A stretch of DNA of 64,000 nucleotides from Candidatus Nomurabacteria bacterium. Lineage in GTDB: Bacteria > Patescibacteriota > Patescibacteriia > HK-STAS-PATE-3. The DNA is taken from contig CP060223.1 in NCBI GenBank assembly GCA_023898465.1, forward strand, positions 896,001-960,000. The letters are read 5' to 3'. The notes below the pieces were generated by a model. The model did no database searches. It saw only the letters and a list, made by a program, of their open reading frames with translations, and was not told the origin of the DNA. The translations under genes and the position numbers were made by a program. Below, in pieces: positions 1 through 9,392 of the stretch (within the stretch, counting starts at the first letter, position 1; every line of letters begins with the position of its first letter).

Positions 1-389
1 CCTCCTCGCTTCATTAATGCCGCGTTGATACCGGCGACTGCTTCAATCGAGGGAGCAAAAACCGTGTGATGTACACGGCGCACCTTACCGCCGTGCGAGT
101 AAATACACGACAACTCTGTGGCGCAAATAAAGTGTACTTCCTCATCGCTCTTTTCGGTGAAGCGCGCATCTTTGACTCGATACTCTGGCTTCAAACGGTA
201 GAGACCATCCAGGCTGGGTTCTAGCTTCTCTTGTAACTCTGGAAACCACTTGGGATGCGTAAAATCGCCGGTCGCCATTAAATGCAAACCTTTAATGCGT
301 GCCCATAAATCGATATTCTCTAAAGTAAGCTGAGGGGAACAAGCTCGAGCGTATTTGGAATGAATATGGAGGTCAGCAATGATTTGCAT
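1..389 (-). CDS. PHP-domain endonuclease Q-like protein, N-terminal part (continues beyond window start)
   Basis: Own minus-strand translation from ATG at 389: MQIIADLHIHSKYARACSPQLTLENIDLWARIKGLHLMATGDFTHPKWF... It has the DLHIHS and TGDFTHP PHP-type metal-binding motifs. It is absent from the ORF track because no stop lies inside the window. Confidence 0.55.
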   Translation of the reverse strand, partial: MQIIADLHIHSKYARACSPQLTLENIDLWARIKGLHLMATGDFTHPKWFPELQEKLEPSLDGLYRLKPEYRVKDARFTEKSDEEVHFICATELSCIYSHGGKVRRVHHTVFAPSIEAVAGINAALMKRG

Positions 390-466
390 ACTTGGGTATG
401 GTAGCGCATACCAAGGCGTCTGGAAAGAAAACAGCGCACTCATGGAAAAGTACGCTGTAGAACAAG

Positions 467-796
467 CTAGTGAATGTCATCAACCAGACTCCAAGGACTC
501 GCTCGATCAAGGCAAGTCTGTGGCGCGCCACCAACATTCCTTATGCGAATCCAGACCATTCGCTGCCACAGTCCCTTGGCACCAGTCCGCTGACTGCGCT
601 TTCGACGAACAGCCACACAGGCATCTCCATCTTCCAGCACTATGAGTATATGGTCATCGTCTGGAGTTGCCTCCTGGCCGGCTCGTAAAATCTGATAGGA
701 GACCTTGCCTTGCAGCACACCGATGCAGCCCTCTGACACCAGGATTCGTGAGTCATCCGGGACAAGCACCACTTTCGTTACATCCCCTTTACTCAT
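467..796 (-). CDS. hypothetical protein (109 aa), GC-rich
   Basis: Internal ATG (MSKGDVTKVV...) is preceded by GAGGTGGGAGC, a strong SD. No recognisable motif. It lies 62 nt downstream of the YvcK-like gene on the same strand. Confidence 0.4.
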   Translation of the reverse strand: MSKGDVTKVVLVPDDSRILVSEGCIGVLQGKVSYQILRAGQEATPDDDHILIVLEDGDACVAVRRKRSQRTGAKGLWQRMVWIRIRNVGGAPQTCLDRASPWSLVDDIH

Positions 797-858
797 GCTC
801 CCACCTCTAAAGTAAGAGAGAGCAGCGTACCCTCGAAAGAATACGCTGCCTATCAATG

Positions 859-1860
859 TCAGGCGTCAACAGCTGCCTCGATAGCAGCCAACAAACGACC
901 TGAACTGTGAGTGAGCAAATGCGTCCACTTGGCAAAGTTGCCAGCTCGATCGCCATTCCCTGAGAACTGCGAAGGAACCAAGTCAAGCTCCACGAAGCGA
1001 ACTTGCGGGAAATGCTGACGGGCACCGTTGAAGATCACTGGCCGAGAGCCGAGTGCTCCATAGTGCTGCAACACTTCCTCGGGAATAGAACCCGAATTGA
1101 CAATGACCACATCCGGCTCGCGTCCGCAATACGGATGAAGCTGTCGAACGTGCTGCTCCGCATCCCAGTCATCGGTCAATCCCGGCTGTGTCATCAAGTT
1201 AATGACCTGAATCACTTGCGCTTGTGAAGCATGAAATGCTTCGCGCATCCCAGCTGGCAGCAAGGCGCTCACCAAACCGGTATGAAATGATCCAGGGGCA
1301 ATAATGATGACATCAGCTTGTCGAATCGCTTCCAGACTACCAGAGTAGGCCGGCGCATCAACAGACAAGCTCATCTGCTTGATTGGAATGCGAGGATCAC
1401 GCTTGATGATCTCCCACTCTCCAGTCACGATGCTTCCGTCCTCCAGGCTTGCCCGGATGTGCACATTCGATTCGGTCGCAGGCAACACCTGACCCTGACA
1501 ACCCAGATCAACCCTGAAGATGTCAAAGGCTCGGGCGATCCCGTGCTGATTAGTGAGTCGTGCCAAACGTGTGTTGGCTGGCGATGTGCCATCAGAATTG
1601 CGCGTTGCGAGACGATCTCGCTCAGCACTCTCTGGAGCCAAGGCCAACAAACACTGCTTCCCGTCACCTACCTGTGGGATATGGAACTCAGTACGAAGCA
1701 CTCCACTATGCCCACCATTGTCAGTGACTGATACGATGCCAATGAGGCCCTCCAGCTGCTTTCCGCCGCTGGCGAGCGCTCTCAAGATGTTCGCCTGTCC
1801 GGTTCCTGCACCGATGCAGACGACGCGCTTGCCGCTCAAGGCGGAAACTTGCTGAATCAT
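859..1860 (-). CDS. YvcK/CofD-family protein (UPF0052, gluconeogenesis-factor-like)
   Basis: VVCIGAGTGQANILRAL...VSVTDNGGHSGVLR...PQVGDGKQCLLAL matches the family pattern GGGTG...V(A/T)DDGGSSG.LR...GD.R.C. ATG at 1860 has AAGGAG 8 nt upstream; the track ORF extends to a GTG at 1869. The gene is visibly GC-rich. Confidence 0.75.
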   Translation of the reverse strand: MIQQVSALSGKRVVCIGAGTGQANILRALASGGKQLEGLIGIVSVTDNGGHSGVLRTEFHIPQVGDGKQCLLALAPESAERDRLATRNSDGTSPANTRLARLTNQHGIARAFDIFRVDLGCQGQVLPATESNVHIRASLEDGSIVTGEWEIIKRDPRIPIKQMSLSVDAPAYSGSLEAIRQADVIIIAPGSFHTGLVSALLPAGMREAFHASQAQVIQVINLMTQPGLTDDWDAEQHVRQLHPYCGREPDVVIVNSGSIPEEVLQHYGALGSRPVIFNGARQHFPQVRFVELDLVPSQFSGNGDRAGNFAKWTHLLTHSSGRLLAAIEAAVDA

Positions 1861-1948
1861 GAACCTCACTCCTTCTTGGTGATCTCGTCCCTAAAAAGAA
1901 CATCTGCACTGTACCAATGGTCACAGTCCAGATGACTGCTTACGGATG

Positions 1949-2692
1949 CTACTGCAATGTTTTCCATAATGCAGAAAAGATATTCTGCTGAGTTGAAGTA
2001 ATGGCCTGATCTTCAATAATTATCCCGCGTGGCTCTTTATTCTCCCCCACGGTAATCATGGCAATCTTTGCACCATAGAGTATGGTATAGGTTGGCGCTC
2101 CTTCCTCTTTGCGTAACCAACGACGCTGATCAAGTCCGTGCAGCTCGCCACCTTCACCAATAGCAATGACCTTCACTCGAATACCAGCGGCGATACGCTG
2201 TTTGGTAAAATCAGGCCATGCTCGGTGAAGATAAGGACGGATGGTGGAAGAGGAATACACCGCGTACTCTTTCACATCCTGCTGAGCAACCACAGCAATA
2301 AGATCTTCGAGCACCGTTTTCACCCCTCGATAAGCTTCATAGTAGCGAACTACCGGCTTCTCATCACCCCGAGCATACATTGAACGCAGCTCCGGCAACG
2401 CTTCAGCTAGTTCTTCACTTGTGGTAATGAGCGACTGACGTTGTTCAGCGAGCACTTTTTCTAATACTATCGGATCCTCGCAGACAAAATGCTTATGCTG
2501 ATCCTGATGGAAGTAGCTCACCACACCCAACTGAAGCAAGCCCTTCAGGATGTCATAGGTTGTACCACGATTAATTTTTGCGTCAAGAGCAATCTTTCGG
2601 ACAGGTGCTGGCCCTGACTTCAATAAGGCAAGGTAGATGGCAATTTCCTTTTCATCCAGGCCGATTTTTTCTAATAATGTTCCGATTTGCAT
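1949..2692 (-). CDS. TrmB-family sugar-responsive transcriptional regulator
   Basis: MQIGTLLEKIGLDEKEIAIYLALLKSGPAPVRKIALDAKINRGTTYDILKGLLQLGVV is a winged-HTH typical of TrmB, followed by a C-terminal effector-type domain. The start is taken at the internal ATG. Confidence 0.75.
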   Translation of the reverse strand: MQIGTLLEKIGLDEKEIAIYLALLKSGPAPVRKIALDAKINRGTTYDILKGLLQLGVVSYFHQDQHKHFVCEDPIVLEKVLAEQRQSLITTSEELAEALPELRSMYARGDEKPVVRYYEAYRGVKTVLEDLIAVVAQQDVKEYAVYSSSTIRPYLHRAWPDFTKQRIAAGIRVKVIAIGEGGELHGLDQRRWLRKEEGAPTYTILYGAKIAMITVGENKEPRGIIIEDQAITSTQQNIFSALWKTLQ

Positions 2693-2891
2693 AATACAGA
2701 GATTGATTGAGTAGCGGGGACATTGTGGCTGAATCAATATATTTGTCAAGCAAAAAAATACTGACAAGTGTTTTGCTAAATATTTAGCCCTGTTTTTCAA
2801 TATTATCCTGTGTTTCTTTTGTCAATTTTTTGCCAACAGCTACTTTATTACGATTGACGACCAGGATAAATTGCGCGATACTTCGCATATT

Positions 2892-4052
2892 ATGACGCAT
2901 AAAAAAACAATTCTCGTTCTTACTGGTGGAGGCATTACTCCAGCCCTCAACGCCACCTTGTACGGAGTTATCACTAGTGCCCAAAAAAGTGGGCATACTA
3001 TACTCGGAGGTATCTCAGGATGGAAATCTGTGCTTCAAGGTGGAAAACACATTGATCTCAGCACAGTAGACGTATCATCAATCCAAAAAATCGGTGGTAC
3101 TATTCTACGCTCAAGTCGCACAAATCTTTTTGCTATTGAGAATGGTGTTGCGCAAGTGAAGCAAACGATTGCCAACAATAACATTGATGTCATCATTGCG
3201 ATCGGTGGAGATGATACGCTTGGCGCCTGCGAACGTTTAGTGCGCGAGCATAATATTCAAGCTATCGGCATCCCAAAAACAATTGATAACGATCTCTACG
3301 GCACTTATTGGTCGCCGGGTTATCCTAGCGCCGCTTCGCATGTTGCCCATATTGCTGAACACATTCGCCGTGACGCTGCCTATGCGCTTCGTCGTGCCTT
3401 TGTTATCGAAACCTATGGCATGAAATCCGGCTGGCTCACTGCCGCGGCTGGACTAGGAAAGGCTGATGTAATTCTTACACCTGAAAGGGAAGTTAACACT
3501 GAGCATGTGTTAAATACTATTTACGAGCGCTACGAAGCAAACGGTAGCTACGCCGTAATCGCGGTTGCTGAAAACACCCAATTCTCTGACTCAGTGGAAG
3601 GCGAGGAATATGATGCGGCTGACACCTTTGGACATAAACGACAAAACCATATTTCTATTGCGCTGCGCCGTATTATTAAGAAGCAGCTTAACATCGACTC
3701 TCGCGTCATTATGCCAGGCAACATCGTACAGTCTGGTGAACCTACTCCGATTGATGGAGAAACTGCTACCGCACTTGGACGACAGGCGATCGCTATGATT
3801 GAAAATGAAGACTACGGGCATATCCCGAGCATTGAAGTTGATCAGAAAAACCTTGCGGTCACCATTGGGAAACGACCACTTTCCGAAGTAGTCAGTCATG
3901 AGGGCCCGAGAAAAATAGACGATGAAATGTTTGACTTTGCAAACTATCAAGTGAAGCCTGCCTTCCTCGAATACCTTAAGCCAATGCAAATTCATCCTCA
4001 TACACCAGAGGAATACATTGCCTTGCAAGAAAAGATTCGGGCGATTGAATAA
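2892..4052 (+). CDS. pfk: 6-phosphofructokinase (PfkA family; ATP or PPi dependence not decidable)
   Basis: ILVLTGGGITPALNA, IIAIGGDDTLG and IGIPKTIDNDL motifs. Confidence 0.85.
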   Translation: MTHKKTILVLTGGGITPALNATLYGVITSAQKSGHTILGGISGWKSVLQGGKHIDLSTVDVSSIQKIGGTILRSSRTNLFAIENGVAQVKQTIANNNIDVIIAIGGDDTLGACERLVREHNIQAIGIPKTIDNDLYGTYWSPGYPSAASHVAHIAEHIRRDAAYALRRAFVIETYGMKSGWLTAAAGLGKADVILTPEREVNTEHVLNTIYERYEANGSYAVIAVAENTQFSDSVEGEEYDAADTFGHKRQNHISIALRRIIKKQLNIDSRVIMPGNIVQSGEPTPIDGETATALGRQAIAMIENEDYGHIPSIEVDQKNLAVTIGKRPLSEVVSHEGPRKIDDEMFDFANYQVKPAFLEYLKPMQIHPHTPEEYIALQEKIRAIE

Positions 4053-4083
4053 AAAAACGGTGGCCAGAGAGTTCTGACCACCG
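4051..4083 (-). terminator. rho-independent terminator of the PfkB gene (hairpin shared with convergent pfk)
   Basis: cggtggccag/ctgaccaccg stem (9 of 10 bp, 6-nt loop) followed on the minus strand by a 7-T run. Confidence 0.55.
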
Positions 4084-4100
4084 GTGAAGGTGCGAATTGA

Positions 4101-5090
4101 CTAGGCAACGGTTTCCCGCTGCGCAAGGAACTGCGTGATTTCGTCACGCGAAGGGACCGAGGATCCCCCGAGACGACTGATCGTAATAGCTGCTCCAGCC
4201 GCGGCCCAACGCAGGGCTTCTGACTTGGACTTGCCATCGAGCAGTGCCCCGATGTAACAGGACAGGAAGGTGTCACCGGCGCCGGTCAAATCCTTGATCG
4301 GCGTATCAGCAAACACTTCGCCGTTGATGCTCTGTTCTCCACCGTTGTACAGAGTGGCACCTTTGGGGCCTCGAGTAACCAAGACCTCCATATGCCGGCC
4401 CTGCCCAATGGCTTGGAGCTCGCTCACCGTACTGAAGCCGAAGCCTCGGAGCAAATGCGCTTCTTCTTCCTCGTTCACGGCCAAGAGGTCGGTGCAAGAG
4501 AGAAGCTGACGCAGGGCTGTGTGGCGACGACGTTCTTCGAGCTCATTACTGAGCTCATACACCAGACTGATCCCGGGATTCAGAATGTTCATCGACGGAG
4601 CAGCTTGACGACCACCCGCTTCAAACATCGCCAGCACCAGAGGCGCATCTGCGATCTGGACACCCGTACCCACAGTCATGTGAGGACGAACTTGATCCAC
4701 CTGTCGGCGAATCAACTCCGCACCACGCTCCATCGCGTCCGGAAGATAGTTGCCCTTTCCAGCGATGATGCGTTGTGCACCGTCCTTGGCTGAGAGACTG
4801 ACCGTGATGTTCGTCCTTTCCCGCAAAGGGAGAGGAAAAGCATCCAACTCCAGCCTACGCAGCTCGGCTTCGAGGTAGCCGGCGTAGCGATCATCACCGA
4901 CCGTACACAGCAGCTTGACCAACTGCCCGCTACGAAGCAGTGCGCGCGCGACGTTGAACGAAGAACCTGCTGCAATCAAGTCAAAGTCACTTGCTGCAAC
5001 CTGTTGCTTCACCACGTCGCTTGTCCCATCAAAACCAGAGACCGCCATTTCCATGTTGGCACTAAAGCCAACCAAAACAGTTCGAGACAT
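4101..5090 (-). CDS. PfkB-family carbohydrate kinase (ribokinase fold)
   Basis: C-terminal DLTGAGDTFLSCYIGALLDG signature. ATG at 5090 is preceded by GGGGGAA. GC-rich compared with flanking genes. Confidence 0.8.
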   Translation of the reverse strand: MSRTVLVGFSANMEMAVSGFDGTSDVVKQQVAASDFDLIAAGSSFNVARALLRSGQLVKLLCTVGDDRYAGYLEAELRRLELDAFPLPLRERTNITVSLSAKDGAQRIIAGKGNYLPDAMERGAELIRRQVDQVRPHMTVGTGVQIADAPLVLAMFEAGGRQAAPSMNILNPGISLVYELSNELEERRRHTALRQLLSCTDLLAVNEEEEAHLLRGFGFSTVSELQAIGQGRHMEVLVTRGPKGATLYNGGEQSINGEVFADTPIKDLTGAGDTFLSCYIGALLDGKSKSEALRWAAAGAAITISRLGGSSVPSRDEITQFLAQRETVA

Positions 5091-5219
5091 GCTGTTCCCC
5101 CAGCGTTTCGTAAGCGCTCCCTGTGCTCCCGTGAACACGTTGTAAAGATCATTCAGCGTATGAGCTGATCAGGCATCGCTCGCCTTAACCTGTTGCGATG
5201 ACTGATGACTCAGTCTGAA

Positions 5220-6095
5220 TTACTTTTTCACTGGCCACTCTTTTAGGGCTTGCTCGTACACCTCTGGGGTTCCAATATCGAACCACTGTCCTTCAAATAA
5301 ATATCCGACGAGTTTCTTTTCCTTGGCGAGCTGCGGAAACACGTCCGCCTCTAGCATACTTGACCCGCTGGCCGGTACATAGTCAAGCACTTTTGGCTGC
5401 ATGACTGACACACCGGTAAAAATGAGGTGTGACAAGCGACTTGATCGTTCTGGCTTCTGCAGGAATTCGACAATCTTGCTTCCGTGCATCTTTACCACAC
5501 CATACTCTGATGGCTGACTCACGCTAGTAATTGCCAATGTGGCTAATGCCTTACTCTCCAGGTGGTAATCAACAAACTCGTTAAAGTCGACATCAATGAG
5601 CACGTCACCATAGAGCATAAGGAAGGGACTATCTTTCAGAAGGTGTGCGGCTGCACGCAATGGTGTCGCAGTACCCTCGGACTTACCTTCTTCCACATAC
5701 TGAATGGAAACGCCAAAGCCAGATCCGTCACCAAAATGTTCTTTGATGCGTTCGCCTAAGTGTCCAATGTAAATGATCAGGTTGCGGATGCCACTATCAC
5801 GCAGCGACGTCACGGTGTGTTCCAAGATCGGCTTGCCATGCACTGGAATCATCGCCTTTGGCATCTCATACGTGAATGGACGCATATTCACGCCTCGTCC
5901 ACCAGCCAAGATCAATGCCTTCTGAATACGTGAGCCGAGGACCTTGCCCAGGTGATATTCAATCGCATGGGAACGGTTTCGGATACGCGCACCATCAATG
6001 GTGGCATCGAGCTTATCGAGAATGTCTTGTTTTAAGGTGATAGTGAGGCGTTGTCGTTCCATAAGACTGGGCTTCCGCCTTTCATATACCATCAT
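5220..6095 (-). CDS. sugar-phosphate nucleotidyltransferase with N-terminal ribbon-helix-helix domain
   Basis: The N-terminus MERQRLTITLKQDILDKLDATIDGARIRNRSHAIEYHL has a CopG/RHH-like strand-helix-helix pattern. It is followed by ALILAGGRGVNMRPFTYEMPKAMIPVHGKPIL, an NTP_transferase G-loop. The start may be the ATG at 6062. Confidence 0.7.
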   Translation of the reverse strand: MMVYERRKPSLMERQRLTITLKQDILDKLDATIDGARIRNRSHAIEYHLGKVLGSRIQKALILAGGRGVNMRPFTYEMPKAMIPVHGKPILEHTVTSLRDSGIRNLIIYIGHLGERIKEHFGDGSGFGVSIQYVEEGKSEGTATPLRAAAHLLKDSPFLMLYGDVLIDVDFNEFVDYHLESKALATLAITSVSQPSEYGVVKMHGSKIVEFLQKPERSSRLSHLIFTGVSVMQPKVLDYVPASGSSMLEADVFPQLAKEKKLVGYLFEGQWFDIGTPEVYEQALKEWPVKK

Positions 6096-6151
6096 ACTCT
6101 AGTGGTATTTGAAAGAAATGTCAATAATATAGGGACTAAATTATGCTAATA

Positions 6152-6910
6152 TTAGCCTTTTTTCTCTTTTTTCTGAGCAAAAAATACTAGCCTTTCTAGA
6201 TCTTCTGGGGTGTTATACCCCATAGCTGATAAGGCGTCTTGTGTTTTGAGGACTTTATAAGGCAACTTATCTTCTGCAGCTATTTTCAGCACATCAGGCA
6301 GGAAATACTCTCCATTTGGATGTTTCGGGATTCGAGCTAACGCGTTCCACACCCATGGGGCATTCATTAAGTAGAGCGCGGGATTCACTTCCCGTATTCG
6401 GAGCTGGGCTGGGCTACACTCATGCGCCTCTCGTATCTCAAGAACACGATTCCGCTTATCTCGAATGATGCGGCCGAATGACTTACACCCTTCATATATT
6501 CCTCGATAGCTTGGCACTTCAACTGTCATCATGGTAAGCACTTCGCCATGATTACGATGAAAGCGAATAAGCTGTTTCAAAGTATTTGCCTGAATAAAAG
6601 GATGATCGCCGTACAAGGGAAGAATATGTTTTGCCTTGGCAGCAGTTTTTTGAGCTGCGCGTACTGCGTATCCCGTGCCCTTGGCTGAAGCGGTAATAAT
6701 CTTTGCCCGCTTGCTAAATTTTTCTTGATATATTTTTTTTGTATCAGGACGGACGACAAGTATAGGCGTAAGAATATCTGACCCGAGCTTATCCAGAGTA
6801 TCTAAAATCCGCTCAAGGGTTGTTTTCCCATTAATCTCATAGAGAGGTTTCAAAGATTTTGTCCCCATTCGCCTATTGCGTCCGGCAGCCAGAACTACGG
6901 GTTGGATCAT
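6152..6910 (-). CDS. nucleotidyltransferase (GlmU N-terminal-domain-like)
   Basis: VVLAAGRNRRMGTKSLKPLYEINGKT G-loop and a later YGDHPFI motif. Confidence 0.65.
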   Translation of the reverse strand: MIQPVVLAAGRNRRMGTKSLKPLYEINGKTTLERILDTLDKLGSDILTPILVVRPDTKKIYQEKFSKRAKIITASAKGTGYAVRAAQKTAAKAKHILPLYGDHPFIQANTLKQLIRFHRNHGEVLTMMTVEVPSYRGIYEGCKSFGRIIRDKRNRVLEIREAHECSPAQLRIREVNPALYLMNAPWVWNALARIPKHPNGEYFLPDVLKIAAEDKLPYKVLKTQDALSAMGYNTPEDLERLVFFAQKKEKKG

Positions 6911-6996
6911 AAAAAACCGCTAAGCGAAGTTAAGGGAAAACCTGATAAGGTGTACACATATGCTACTGAAAAATACCCTCTCTGGCAAGGCTAGTT

Positions 6997-8157
6997 TTAC
7001 CCAGCCCACTGCCAGTGGGTAAAAGCAAATGTGGTCAGCCCACCGAAGAAAAGCAGAAGAAATAAAAGTAGTGAGCGGATCCAAGCGCTCTGAATCTTCA
7101 ACGCAGCGAAGTAAGCAAGGGGGAATGCTAGCAGGATGTATCGAGTGAATGAATAAAGATGTCCTCCAAGCATTGGTAAGAGCACAACAAAAAAACTATA
7201 AAGTGTAAGTGCAAAGGGTATGCGCTTTTCTCTCAACCCCCACAGGGCAAAAAGAAGTGTAGGTATACTCAGGAGAGTAGCGATAAGCAATTCTCCGCGG
7301 CCGAAAATATCTGCTTGGGTAATGAGTGCATATGCACTTCTCAGCATGCTAGTAATCGGATCGCTTAGTCGATGTCCCCACCACCCCTGACTATGAAGAA
7401 AAGCAAATCCATCACCGCTCACTATATAGTAAAACAGAATTAATAAAGTGCTAGCGATAAAAACACTAGCAATCCAAAGCACATCGCCTAAAGTGATTCG
7501 TCTGCGCTTCACCCACGCTACAATTTCAATAATACAAAGAGTGGCAACTAAGCCTACCCCTACCGGCCGAGCAAAAAGCGCGAGCACAGCAAAAAAAATA
7601 GCTAGCCATCGGTGATGACGCAAGTGAGCAAGGAGGGCGGCGGCGGATACGCAAAAGAAGAGCGACTCGGTGTACCAAGCTGAATAGAAAAAAGCAGCTG
7701 GAAAAAAACTAATCAGTACAAGTGCAAATAGCGCATCTCTTTTTTGTAAGAAGTTACGGGCAATCAAATAACTCAATACTCCTCCAATGAAAAATGAGAG
7801 GTAGGAGACGAGTAAGCCGGCCACCCAAACATTTTGCCATGCATTTCCTATTACGCGAGATAAGACAGGATAGAGGGGAAAGAAGGCTGTCCGATAAAGC
7901 GCATCGCTCTGATACCCACGCACTGCAACATCATAGAGATGATAGCTATCCCATCGAATAAAACTGCTCCACACCTGGCTCTGTGAAAACGCGTCCGGGT
8001 GCGGTTTCACCGATTGCTCAGTATTCACTTGCAAACCAAGCCATGCAACACCAAAGAAAAAAACCCGCGATAAAAAAAGAACCAGCAAAACTATGCCGAT
8101 CTCTCTCTGAAAAAGAAAATGTGTACTTGGGGCTATAGCCCTCGGAGCAATTGCCAC
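6997..8157 (-). CDS. polytopic membrane mannosyltransferase, PIG-V/GT76-like
   Basis: WDSYHLYDVAVRGY...AFFPLYPVL loop motif plus about 9 hydrophobic segments. Confidence 0.55.
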   Translation of the reverse strand: MAIAPRAIAPSTHFLFQREIGIVLLVLFLSRVFFFGVAWLGLQVNTEQSVKPHPDAFSQSQVWSSFIRWDSYHLYDVAVRGYQSDALYRTAFFPLYPVLSRVIGNAWQNVWVAGLLVSYLSFFIGGVLSYLIARNFLQKRDALFALVLISFFPAAFFYSAWYTESLFFCVSAAALLAHLRHHRWLAIFFAVLALFARPVGVGLVATLCIIEIVAWVKRRRITLGDVLWIASVFIASTLLILFYYIVSGDGFAFLHSQGWWGHRLSDPITSMLRSAYALITQADIFGRGELLIATLLSIPTLLFALWGLREKRIPFALTLYSFFVVLLPMLGGHLYSFTRYILLAFPLAYFAALKIQSAWIRSLLLFLLLFFGGLTTFAFTHWQWAG

Positions 8158-8639
8158 AAAAACAATCCAATCATGGCCACACCAACGGCAAACTTAATAA
8201 TCATGCCGCCCATGTAGCCGATAATAATGTAATGCTTCGTTTCCACGGCAAAGACTCGATCACGACCAACTACCAACTGACTAACCACTGCTCCAAAAAA
8301 AGGCCCAACTACAAAAGCAAAAAGTAAACCAAAGAAGGAACCAATTATTCCTCCAATAACCGCGCCCAAAACGCCCCACAAACTTGCGCGAAATTGTTTA
8401 CCGCCCCAAAGGTAGGCTACGAAGTCTAGCAGCACTACTACTAATCCTAGTACGGAAATAATAAGCAGGAAGGACGGAGTAACTAGTGAAAAGTCTGTAG
8501 CGATCCCATACAATAAAATACCAAACCAAATAAGTGGAATGCTCGGCACTATAGGGAAAGCGATACCAACGAAACCAACGAGTACGATAATGAAGCAGAG
8601 TGTCAGAATGATGAGATGTCCAGCCCCCGTGCTAAACAT
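8133..8639 (-). CDS. DUF456-family membrane protein
   Basis: Four glycine-rich TM segments (GIAFPIVPSIPLIWFGILLYG...). The internal ATG at 8639 lies directly after the rnc stop. Confidence 0.55.
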   Translation of the reverse strand: MFSTGAGHLIILTLCFIIVLVGFVGIAFPIVPSIPLIWFGILLYGIATDFSLVTPSFLLIISVLGLVVVLLDFVAYLWGGKQFRASLWGVLGAVIGGIIGSFFGLLFAFVVGPFFGAVVSQLVVGRDRVFAVETKHYIIIGYMGGMIIKFAVGVAMIGLFLWQLLRGL

Positions 8640-8640
8640 A

Positions 8641-9330
8641 TTACCATCCCCGGGCGAGTATCCCGGCCTCCGCTGCGCTGACCTGCGCCTCTTGTTTAGA
8701 TGCACCCTCGCCGGTAGCCACCTCTTCATCACCAAAGTAGACTGCTACGCGGAAGTGTTTATTGTGATCTGGACCCCACTCCTCAAGTACTTTGTAGGCA
8801 GGGGTAACGCCTAGCTTTTCCTGACTCGCTTCTTGCAAACGACTCTTTGGGTCGAGATAAAGTTTGTGCTCGATAATGTAGGGGAGTTTAGGAAGCACGG
8901 TTCGCCCAATAAAATCCTTTGCTACTTCAAAACCCTGGTCGAGATAAATTGCTCCGACAATTGCTTCAAAGGCATTTGCTAAAATTGAATGACGTGCTTT
9001 GGCATTTGCGTCTTTTGCTTCACCCCGGCTTAAGAAGATAAACTGATGCACTTCTAATTCTTCCGCGATACTGCCCAGACTTTTTGCGTTCACAAGAGCC
9101 GCTCGCCAGTTTGTCAGATCTCCTTCTGGATTTTCATATTTAGTATAGAGATGTTCAGTGACAGCTAATTCCAAAACAGCGTCGCCGAGAAACTCCAGAC
9201 GTTCGTTATGACCTAAGCGAAAACTAGGGTGTTCGTTCACATATGAACGATGCACTAGTGCTTGATGAAGGTATTCAGTTTTAGTGAAGTGAACGCCGAG
9301 ACGTTCTTCGAGTGCGGTGAATTCAGACAT
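8641..9330 (-). CDS. rnc: ribonuclease III
   Basis: NERLEFLGDAVLELAVTEHLY signature plus a C-terminal dsRBD. Confidence 0.9.
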   Translation of the reverse strand: MSEFTALEERLGVHFTKTEYLHQALVHRSYVNEHPSFRLGHNERLEFLGDAVLELAVTEHLYTKYENPEGDLTNWRAALVNAKSLGSIAEELEVHQFIFLSRGEAKDANAKARHSILANAFEAIVGAIYLDQGFEVAKDFIGRTVLPKLPYIIEHKLYLDPKSRLQEASQEKLGVTPAYKVLEEWGPDHNKHFRVAVYFGDEEVATGEGASKQEAQVSAAEAGILARGW

Positions 9331-9392
9331 ATGATGAGAGCAACTCGCTTCTCATGGCGACATCGCACCACGACAAGCCAATCGCAAATTAA

